Assembly (NCBI GenBank): GCA_963697285.1
Contig: CAVONI010000011.1
Span: 1,476,697-1,540,696 of the forward strand
DNA length: 64,000 bases
Source: an uncultured Acidobacteriota bacterium
GTDB taxonomy: Bacteria; Acidobacteriota; Vicinamibacteria; Vicinamibacterales; JAFNAJ01
Direction: 5' to 3'
Positions 9,916 to 17,494 of the stretch are shown here, piece after piece. A program made the translations under genes and the position numbers. The notes below the pieces were generated by a model that worked only from the letters and a program-made list of their open reading frames with translations, did not search any database and had not been told where the DNA came from. Each line of letters begins with the position of its first letter. The stretch's first letter is position 1.

Positions 9916-11319
9916 ATGACCACACACACCGTCCCGATGTCGCCGATGGACGCGGCCTGGTACAACATCGACGGCCCCGCGAACCTCGCGCTCGTCACCG
10001 GGATCGCGCTGACGCGCGAACCGCTCGACTTCGAGAAGGTCAAGGCGGTGTACCGCGCGCGCCTCGCACGCTTCGAGCGGTTCCGCCAGCGGGTCGTCGA
10101 GCAGGGCTTTCCCATCGCGACGCCGCACTGGCAAGACATCCCCGACTTCACCATCGATCAGCAGTTCGAGCACATCACGCTGCAGCCACCGGCCGACAGC
10201 GCGGCCCTGGCCGACCTGCTGAGCACCCTGGGCAGCACGCCGCTCGATCCGAGCCGCCCGTTGTGGCAGATACACGTCGTCGACGGGGTCGGGAGCGGCG
10301 GCGCGCTCGTGATGCGGTTCCACCACTGCATGGGCGACGGCACCGCGATGATGGCGCTCTCGCAGGAACTCTTCGACGAGGTGGCCGATGCGCCCATCGG
10401 GACGCCCGCGACGCCACGCGTGCGGCCTCACCCGCAGGCCGGTCTGCTCGACCAGTTGCTCACGCCCGCCATCGAGGTCGTGGACTGGTCGGCGCAGGCC
10501 GCGGCTTCGCTGCTCGACCTCGTCGCGCACCCCCAGCGCATCGTCGAAGGAGCCGGGGTGGCCGTCGGGGGCGTCGCGGCCCTGCTGGCCGAACTCTTCA
10601 AGGATCCCGATCCTCAGTCACCGCTCAAAGGCGAGTTCCACCTCCCCAAGCGCGTGGCGTGGTCGGTTCCCGTGGAACTGGCCGACGTGAAGGCGATCGG
10701 ACAGCACGCCGGGGCGAAGGTGAACGACGTGCTGGTGGCCGGCATGACCGGCGCGCTGCGCCACTACCTCGCCGGACGCGGCGTCGACGTGGACGCCACG
10801 CACATGCGCGCCATGGTGCCGGTCGACCTGCGTCCGCGCGCCCGCGGCCTCGACCTCGGCAACGAGTTCGGGCTCGTCATCCTCGAACTCGCGGTCGGCG
10901 CCGATGATCCGATGGTGCGGCTGCAGATGACGAAGGCGAAGATGGACGCGCTCAAGCGGTCGCCCGAGGCCGTCGCGATCCGGACGCTGTTCAGCCTCTT
11001 CGGCCGCGGCCCGAAGCTGATCGAGGACGTGGCGGTCGACCTCTTCGCCAGCAAGGCGAGCGTGGTGATGACGAACGTCGCCGGCCCGCTGCAGACGCTG
11101 TACCTCGCGGGCGTCCCGATCGACCGCATGATGTTCTGGGTCCCGCACCCCGGGCGGCAACTCGGCATGGGCATCAGCATCCTGAGCTACGACGGCAGGG
11201 CGTCGCTGGCCATCATCGCTGACGCGCACCTGATTCCCGATCCCGAGGTCATCACCGAGGCGTTCAACCGCGAGTTCGCGACGATGCTCGCGGTGGCGAG
11301 GCAGGCACAGGCAGGCTGA
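9916..11319 (+). CDS. Wax ester synthase/diacylglycerol acyltransferase (WS/DGAT) family
   Basis: 467 aa with the catalytic HHxxxDG motif (RFHHCMGDG) and typical length and architecture. Confidence 0.85.
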   Translation: MTTHTVPMSPMDAAWYNIDGPANLALVTGIALTREPLDFEKVKAVYRARLARFERFRQRVVEQGFPIATPHWQDIPDFTIDQQFEHITLQPPADSAALADLLSTLGSTPLDPSRPLWQIHVVDGVGSGGALVMRFHHCMGDGTAMMALSQELFDEVADAPIGTPATPRVRPHPQAGLLDQLLTPAIEVVDWSAQAAASLLDLVAHPQRIVEGAGVAVGGVAALLAELFKDPDPQSPLKGEFHLPKRVAWSVPVELADVKAIGQHAGAKVNDVLVAGMTGALRHYLAGRGVDVDATHMRAMVPVDLRPRARGLDLGNEFGLVILELAVGADDPMVRLQMTKAKMDALKRSPEAVAIRTLFSLFGRGPKLIEDVAVDLFASKASVVMTNVAGPLQTLYLAGVPIDRMMFWVPHPGRQLGMGISILSYDGRASLAIIADAHLIPDPEVITEAFNREFATMLAVARQAQAG

Positions 11320-11354
11320 CGCGCGGCACGCCATCTGCCTCGGGTTGGAGCAAA

Positions 11355-12704
11355 ATGGGAGCGATGCCCGATCTTCTCGATGACGGCACGCAGCCACGGG
11401 CGCTGACGGCCGAGACGAAGTACCACCTGCTGCTGCAGATCGCCGAGCGCATCAGCGGCACGCTCGACCTCGACGTCATCCTGAACCACCTCCTCGACAC
11501 CGTCGGCGAGGTCGTGCCCTACGATGCGGCCGGTGTCTTCGTGCTGACGCGCGAGGACTCCGCGCTGCGGCGCGGCCATCCCCGACAGGTGATCGCGGGC
11601 ATGGCGTCGCGCGGGTTCCCTCCACAGCGGCCCGAACGCGACCCGATGTACCGGTTCGGACACGGCATCATCGGGCACGTGATCCTCACCGGAGAGTGCG
11701 TCGTGGCACCGGACGTGCGGCAGGAGTCCAAGTACGTCGAAGGCCGGCCGCAGACCCGCTCCGAGATCGCCGTGCCCATCGTGGTCCGTGACCGCACCAT
11801 CGGGGCCCTGAACCTGGAGAGCGACACCTGGGGGGCGTTCTCTGCCGCCGATCTCGAGGTGCTGCACTTCTTCTCGAACGCCGCCGCCATCTCGATCGAA
11901 AAGGCGATGCTCCACAGGCAGGTGCTCGAGCGGCAGGCCATCGACGGCCAGTTGCAGATCGCCCACCAGGTGCAGGCGCGCCTCCTCCCGAGGCAGGATC
12001 CCGCCGTCGAGGGCTACGACATATCTGGCCTCAGCCTCCCGGCATTCGACATCGGGGGCGACTACTACGACTACATCCACCTGCCCGACGGCCGGCTCGG
12101 TCTCGTCGTCGCCGACGTTGCCGGGAAGGGAATACCGGCGGCCCTGATCATGTCGACATTCCGGGCCCTGCTGCGGACGTCGGCCAGGCGCAACCCGCTC
12201 GTGTCGCAGACGGTGCAGGAGATCAACACCTCGCTGGCCGAGTCGATTGGCCTGCCGGCATTCGTCACCTCGGTGTACGGCGTGCTCGAACCCGCGACGG
12301 GCCGGTTCACGTTCGCAAATTGCGGCCACAACGCCCCCCTCGTCGTCCGGGCGAACGGGACGGTCGAGCAGTTGCTCAGCAGCGGGCCGTTCCTCGGGGT
12401 GTTTGCGGGCGGCGCGTACGTCGAGCGCGAGGTGGTCGTCGAGCCCGGCGACGTGCTGGTGCTGTACACCGATGGGGTCGTCGAACTGGAGGGCGACGCC
12501 GGCGAGGACTTCGGCGTCGAACGACTGGGGTCGGTCGTCAACGCGATGCGCGGCCTCGGGGCCGGCGACATGGTCGCCGCCACGGTGTCTGCGACCCGCG
12601 ATTTCGCGCACGGACGCCCTTACGCCGACGACTTCACGCTGGTCATCCTCAGGCGGAACCCACACGAGGACAGCGCGGCGACGCCGCCGCTCACCCACGA
12701 CTGA
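11355..12704 (+). CDS. GAF-domain PP2C/SpoIIE-family protein phosphatase (RsbU-like)
   Basis: N-terminal GAF-like blocks (ILNHLLDTVGEVVPYDAAGVFVL, EIAVPIVVRDRTIGALNLES). C-terminal PP2C blocks (FDIGGDYYDYI, VVADVAGKGIPAALIMS, VLYTDGVVE). Confidence 0.85.
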   Translation: MGAMPDLLDDGTQPRALTAETKYHLLLQIAERISGTLDLDVILNHLLDTVGEVVPYDAAGVFVLTREDSALRRGHPRQVIAGMASRGFPPQRPERDPMYRFGHGIIGHVILTGECVVAPDVRQESKYVEGRPQTRSEIAVPIVVRDRTIGALNLESDTWGAFSAADLEVLHFFSNAAAISIEKAMLHRQVLERQAIDGQLQIAHQVQARLLPRQDPAVEGYDISGLSLPAFDIGGDYYDYIHLPDGRLGLVVADVAGKGIPAALIMSTFRALLRTSARRNPLVSQTVQEINTSLAESIGLPAFVTSVYGVLEPATGRFTFANCGHNAPLVVRANGTVEQLLSSGPFLGVFAGGAYVEREVVVEPGDVLVLYTDGVVELEGDAGEDFGVERLGSVVNAMRGLGAGDMVAATVSATRDFAHGRPYADDFTLVILRRNPHEDSAATPPLTHD

Positions 12705-12773
12705 CCGTATCCCCGGCGCCGCGACCCGTCGATCAGGCGGGACGGCGACGCCGATCATGACTACAATCGCCGC

Positions 12774-14309
12774 ATGTTCGAAGCCGCCGAGCTCGGTCGC
12801 ACCGTCAGCAAGGACGACTACCGCGTGATCGCGCCGCCGCTTCGGGCCGACCTGCTCGATGTGCAGGTGCGCCTGCGCGATGCGCCCTTCCCCGTCATCC
12901 TCGTGTTTGCGGGCGTGGGCGGGGCCGGCAAGGGCGAGACGGTCAACCTCCTCAACGAGTGGATGGACCCGCGCTGGCTGGTGACGCGCGCGTTCGGCAC
13001 GCCGTCCGAAGAAGAGCGGGAGCGCCCCGAGTACTGGCGCTACTGGTTGAACCTCCCACCGCGCGGCCGGATCGGGATGTTCCTGAGTTCGTGGTACTCG
13101 ACGCCCGTGCTCGATCGCGTCTACCGGCGCATCGACGCCGGCGTCTACGCCGAGCAGCTCAATCGCATCGTCGATTTCGAGCGGACGCTCGCCGACTCGG
13201 GCGCGCTCATCCTGAAGTTCTGGATGCACCTCGACAAGGCGCGGCAGGAGGAACGCCTGACGAGGCTGGAGAAGGATCCGCTGACCCGGTGGCGCGTTAC
13301 CAAGCTGGAATGGAAGCACTGGCGGATGTACGACCGCTTCCTGGACGCCGCGGAACGCGCCATCCGACACACCAGCCGTGGTGCCGCCCCATGGGTCATC
13401 GTCGAGGGCGCCGATCCGAACTACCGGAGCCTGGCTGTCGCGAGCGCGGTGCGTGACGCCATCCGCCAGCGCCTCGAGACACCGGCACAGGCCGAGGCGC
13501 GCACGCCACACGTGTCGAAGATCGTCGCCGTGCCAAAGGCGCCTGCCCGCGCGTCGGCACGCGTGCCGGCCGTCCAGCCGCCCGTGGCGACGACCACGAC
13601 CATCCTCGGCCACCTCGACATGAGCCTGCGGCTCGACAAGAAAGACGCCGCGCGCAAGATCGAGCAGTGGCAGGGACGCCTGAACCAGCTGCAGCGCAAG
13701 GCGGCGGCACGCGGGATCTCGACGGTCATGGTGTTCGAGGGATGGGACGCCGCTGGCAAGGGCGGCGCCATCCGCCGCATCACGAGCGCGCTCGACGCGC
13801 GCGAATACCAGGTGATCCAGATCGCGGCGCCCACCGACGAAGAGCGGGCGCACCACTACCTGTGGCGATTCTGGCGGCACCTCTCGCGCGCCGGCCGCGT
13901 CACGCTCTTCGACCGGAGTTGGTACGGCCGCGTGCTCGTCGAACGCGTCGAGGGCTTCGCATCGGAACCCGAGTGGATGCGCGCCTACGGCGAGATCAAC
14001 CAGTTCGAGGATCAGCTCGTGAGCGCCGGGACCGTCCTGGTGAAGTACTGGCTCCACGTCACGCCCGACGAGCAGCTGCGCCGGTTCAAGGATCGCCAGT
14101 CGACCGAGTGGAAGCGGTGGAAGATCACCGACGAGGACTGGCGCAACCGCAAGCAGTGGCCCGCGTACGAACTCGCCGTCAACGACATGGTCGAGCGCAC
14201 GAGCACCCATGCCGCCCCGTGGACACTGGTCGAGGCCGACGACAAGGCCTACGCACGCGTGAAGGTGCTTCGCACCGCGTGCGATCGCCTGCGCGAAGCG
14301 CTGGAGTGA
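12774..14309 (+). CDS. ppk2: Two-domain polyphosphate kinase 2 (polyphosphate:AMP phosphotransferase-like)
   Basis: Tandem PPK2 domains: ILVFAGVGGAGKGETV...SSWY and MVFEGWDAAGKGGAIRRI...FDRSWYGRVLVERV. The 511 aa length is typical of class II PPK2. Confidence 0.9.
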   Translation: MFEAAELGRTVSKDDYRVIAPPLRADLLDVQVRLRDAPFPVILVFAGVGGAGKGETVNLLNEWMDPRWLVTRAFGTPSEEERERPEYWRYWLNLPPRGRIGMFLSSWYSTPVLDRVYRRIDAGVYAEQLNRIVDFERTLADSGALILKFWMHLDKARQEERLTRLEKDPLTRWRVTKLEWKHWRMYDRFLDAAERAIRHTSRGAAPWVIVEGADPNYRSLAVASAVRDAIRQRLETPAQAEARTPHVSKIVAVPKAPARASARVPAVQPPVATTTTILGHLDMSLRLDKKDAARKIEQWQGRLNQLQRKAAARGISTVMVFEGWDAAGKGGAIRRITSALDAREYQVIQIAAPTDEERAHHYLWRFWRHLSRAGRVTLFDRSWYGRVLVERVEGFASEPEWMRAYGEINQFEDQLVSAGTVLVKYWLHVTPDEQLRRFKDRQSTEWKRWKITDEDWRNRKQWPAYELAVNDMVERTSTHAAPWTLVEADDKAYARVKVLRTACDRLREALE

Positions 14310-14361
14310 ATCCGGGTCGCCTGCTGGCACACAGGGGCGACCCTCACGTGAGCGTGCCGTC

Positions 14362-16092
14362 ATGAACTACCCGCTCTGGGACATCCCCGCCGGCGGCCTC
14401 TTCATCGCCGCCATCGCCATCCTCCACGTCTTCGTCTCGCACTTCGCGGTCGGCGGCGGGCTCTTCCTCGTGCTCACCGAACGCCGCGCGCGACGAGACG
14501 ACGACGCGGCGCTGCTCGACTACGTCAGGCGGCACAGCAGGTTCTTCATCCTCGTCACGCTGGTGTTCGGCGCCGTCACCGGCGTCGGCATCTGGTTCAT
14601 CATCGGGCTCGTCCACCCGTCGGCGACCTCGTCGCTCATCCAGTTGTTCGTCTGGTTCTGGGCCATCGAGTGGACGTTCTTCATCGTCGAGATCGCCGCG
14701 GCCCTGGTCTACTACTACGGCTGGGATCGGCTGACGCCGGCCGTGCACGTGCGCGTTGGCTGGATCTACGCGATCTCGGCGTGGATGAGCCTCGTCGTCA
14801 TCAACGGCATCCTGACGTTCATGCTCACGCCCGGCGACTGGATCGCATCGGGTGACATCTGGGACGCGTTCTTCAATCCGACCTACTGGCCTGCGCTGGT
14901 CGCGCGCACCGCCGCCGCCATCGGCCTCGCCGGTCTCTACGCGCTCCTGACGGCCTCGTGGATGCCCGACGGCACGCTCAAGCGGCAACTCGCACAGCTC
15001 GCCGGCGTGCGCTGGGTGCTCCCGATGGCGATCGCGCTCCCGCTCTCACTGGCGTGGTACCTGTGGGCGGCCGGGCAGGCGGGCGTCGACGTCGCGGGCG
15101 TGTTCGGCATGGCCGACGGCCGAGCACCCGGCGTCGCCGGTGCGTTCGGCGACGCGTTCCGTGCCGTCGCGCTGGGCGCAACGAGCGGGTATCCCGTGGC
15201 ACGTCTCGCGGCACTCGCCGCCGCAGCCAGCGGCGTCGGCCTCGTGCTGATCCTCGTCGTCGGCGTCCTGCGTCGTCCCGCGAGCTTCGGACCGATGACC
15301 GTGGCCCCGATGATGCTGCTGGGACTCGTCACGTTCGGCGGCACGGAGTTCGTTCGCGAAGTCCTGCGCAAGCCGTACGTCCTGGCGCAGACGATGTTCG
15401 TCAACGGCGTGAGGCTCGGACCTGCGTCCGATCCGTTCGCCATCGAACAGTTGAATGCGAAAGGCGTGCTCGCGTCGGCCAATTACGTGCGGCCGCAGAA
15501 CGCGCATCTCGCGGCCGACGACACGATCGGCCGGCTCGAGGCCGACGGCGAGGCCGTCGCGCGCCTGCTCTGCGCGTCGTGCCACACGCGCGATGGATAC
15601 CTGGCCCTGCGTCCACTGGTCACCGGACGAAGCGTCGGCGCGCTCGAGAACACCATCGCGAAGCTGGCGGTCGCCGTGGATGGCGACGGACGCCCATCCG
15701 CATGGACGACTCCGCACGTGCGTCTGCGGACGTGGCGCGGGCGCCAGATGCCGCCCTTTGCCGGCACAGACGCCGAGCGTCACGCGCTGGCCGTGTACCT
15801 GGCGATGCTTGGCGGAGCGACACGAGAACAGGTGGTGGCAGAGGCGACGTCGAGCGACGCGGGTCGCGCGTATGTCGACGACAACTGCGCGATGTGCCAC
15901 GGCGCCGATGCCGAGTGGCCGTTCGCGGGTCGTCGGGCACGAACGGCGGATGCGTTCTACGAGATGCTCGGACGCCTCCCGGAGATCAACGACGTGATGC
16001 CGCCGTTCGAAGGCGACGAGGCCCTGCGTCGCGCGGTCGCGTCGCACCTTGCGGGCCTCACGGCGACGGGCGCGTCGAGCGAGGTGAAGTGA
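14362..16092 (+). CDS. CydA-like (cytochrome bd subunit I-like) membrane domain fused to a C-terminal dihaem cytochrome c
   Basis: About 8 TM helices with CydA-like blocks ILHVFVSHFAVGGG and AIEWTFFIVEIAAALVYYYGWDRL. The C-terminal ~200 aa carry two CxxCH motifs (CASCH, CAMCH). Confidence 0.7.
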   Translation: MNYPLWDIPAGGLFIAAIAILHVFVSHFAVGGGLFLVLTERRARRDDDAALLDYVRRHSRFFILVTLVFGAVTGVGIWFIIGLVHPSATSSLIQLFVWFWAIEWTFFIVEIAAALVYYYGWDRLTPAVHVRVGWIYAISAWMSLVVINGILTFMLTPGDWIASGDIWDAFFNPTYWPALVARTAAAIGLAGLYALLTASWMPDGTLKRQLAQLAGVRWVLPMAIALPLSLAWYLWAAGQAGVDVAGVFGMADGRAPGVAGAFGDAFRAVALGATSGYPVARLAALAAAASGVGLVLILVVGVLRRPASFGPMTVAPMMLLGLVTFGGTEFVREVLRKPYVLAQTMFVNGVRLGPASDPFAIEQLNAKGVLASANYVRPQNAHLAADDTIGRLEADGEAVARLLCASCHTRDGYLALRPLVTGRSVGALENTIAKLAVAVDGDGRPSAWTTPHVRLRTWRGRQMPPFAGTDAERHALAVYLAMLGGATREQVVAEATSSDAGRAYVDDNCAMCHGADAEWPFAGRRARTADAFYEMLGRLPEINDVMPPFEGDEALRRAVASHLAGLTATGASSEVK

Positions 16093-17228
16093 TGTCGCCG
16101 CTGCTGATGCTGAACCTGACGGTGCCGTTGCCAGACCCGCTTCCCCAGCCGGCGCCGACGCTGCTGCTGTGGGGGCTGCTGCTGCTGACGTTCTTCCTGC
16201 ACCTCGTGCCGATGAACCTGGCGCTGGGGGGATCGCTCCTGGGCGTCGTGGCGCGCCTCCGCGGGCGCGGGAATCGGGATCCGCACGCGCGCACGCTGAC
16301 CGCGTGGTTCGCGAAGGCCCTCCCGACCATCATGGCGGCGACGATCAGCTTCGGGGTCGCGCCGCTCCTGTTCGTGCAGGTGCTCTACGGGCGCGCGCTG
16401 TTCGGCAGCTCCGTCATCATGGCGTGGTGGTGGCTCTCGGTCGTGGGGCTGGTCATCGTCGCGTACTACGGCGCCTATCGCCTGGCCTTCCGCGCAGCGT
16501 CTGACACGGCAAGCCAGGCGGTGCTGGCGCTGAGCGTGGCGGCCATCCTCGTGCTGGTCGCCTTCATCTACACCAACAACATGTCGCTGATGTTGCGCGT
16601 TGGCGAGTTCCCGATGATGACGCTGGACGGCACGTCGGGATGGCTCCTCAACCTCGATGACCGGGCACTCGTGCCGCGTTACCTGCACATGCTGCTTGGC
16701 GCCACCGGTGTCGCCGGCGCGGCGACCGCCCTGCTGGGATGGATGCGTTGCGCGAGTGATCCGGCCTTCGGCCGTTGGGCGATGCGTTACGGCAGCGGTT
16801 GGGCGGCGGTCGCGAGCTTCGTCAACGCGATCGTGGGGAGTTGGTGGCTGATGTCGCTGCCGCGCGATGTGCTGTGGCGGCTCGCGGGCCGCGATGCCGG
16901 CGCGACCGTCGTCCTCATGATCGGCGTGTCGCTCGGCCTCGTCACGGTGATGGCCTTTGCGCTGGCATCGAGGGCCGCCGACCCCATCCCTGCGGTGCGC
17001 GTCGGCCTCGCGACGCTGCTCGCCACCCTGCCGGCGATGATCTTCACGCGCGACCAGGTGCGCGAATCGGCGTTCATCGCCGCTGGGCTCGGCGAGGCCG
17101 CGCGCGTCGAGCCGCAGTGGATGCCGATCGTGATCTTCGTCGTCCTGCTGCTCGCCGCCGTGGGAACGATAGGCTGGATGCTGCGCGCGCTCGTCCGCGG
17201 CCCGTCGCCACGGCACGGCGATCGCTAG
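16092..17228 (+). CDS. Polytopic membrane partner of the CydA-like protein (subunit II-like, possibly paralogous)
   Basis: ATG overlaps the upstream TGA (ATGA at 16090-16094). This is the in-frame internal start of listed ORF 14958..17228. About 9-10 TM helices. The first helix FFLHLVPMNLALGGSLL echoes ILHVFVSHFAVGGGLF of the upstream gene. Confidence 0.6.
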   Translation: MSPLLMLNLTVPLPDPLPQPAPTLLLWGLLLLTFFLHLVPMNLALGGSLLGVVARLRGRGNRDPHARTLTAWFAKALPTIMAATISFGVAPLLFVQVLYGRALFGSSVIMAWWWLSVVGLVIVAYYGAYRLAFRAASDTASQAVLALSVAAILVLVAFIYTNNMSLMLRVGEFPMMTLDGTSGWLLNLDDRALVPRYLHMLLGATGVAGAATALLGWMRCASDPAFGRWAMRYGSGWAAVASFVNAIVGSWWLMSLPRDVLWRLAGRDAGATVVLMIGVSLGLVTVMAFALASRAADPIPAVRVGLATLLATLPAMIFTRDQVRESAFIAAGLGEAARVEPQWMPIVIFVVLLLAAVGTIGWMLRALVRGPSPRHGDR

Positions 17229-17332
17229 CCTGACGCCCCCGGAAGGCATTGCATGCCACCCGTGTCCCCGGCCCCTCGGCGAATCGGAACCCGCCGGTGT
17301 CGAAATCCCCCGGTCCGCTTCCGCATTCGAAC

Positions 17333-17451
17333 CAATTGGGGTCAGACCCCAATTCCCGCGAATTGCCCGACCTGAGCCGCACCGCCCCCCGCCAATACAT
17401 GCAATCGGCAGGGCGGAAGGCGAGGAATGGGCAATTGGGGTCAGACCCCAA
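17333..17451. repeat. Two direct copies of a 20-bp palindromic motif CAATTGGGGTCAGACCCCAA
   Basis: Copies at 17333-17352 and 17432-17451. Each contains the arms TTGGGGT/ACCCCAA around CAG. They lie between convergent gene ends (17228 and 17495). Confidence 0.8.
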
Positions 17452-17494
17452 GTGACGCGCGGTGTCAGGGTGACAACGGGGGTGGTCGGCGACG

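Noticed and set aside
11187-14363. Very long ORF (1058 aa) on the minus strand
   Set aside because: It is antisense to the clearly recognisable GAF-PP2C and PPK2 genes. Its translation is Arg/Gly/Ala/His-rich with no domain motifs, a typical GC-rich shadow ORF.
14958-16091. N-terminal 378 codons of listed ORF 14958..17228
   Set aside because: This part overlaps the CydA-like/cytochrome c gene in another frame and is Arg-rich nonsense. Only the segment from the ATG at 16092 (MSPLLMLNLTV...) looks like a real membrane protein.
17249-17340. tRNA-like T-arm (GGTGTCGAAATCCCCCGG, GCATTCGAACC)
   Set aside because: I could not build a cloverleaf. The stems are too short, the loop sizes are wrong (11 nt), and there is no acceptor or anticodon arm.
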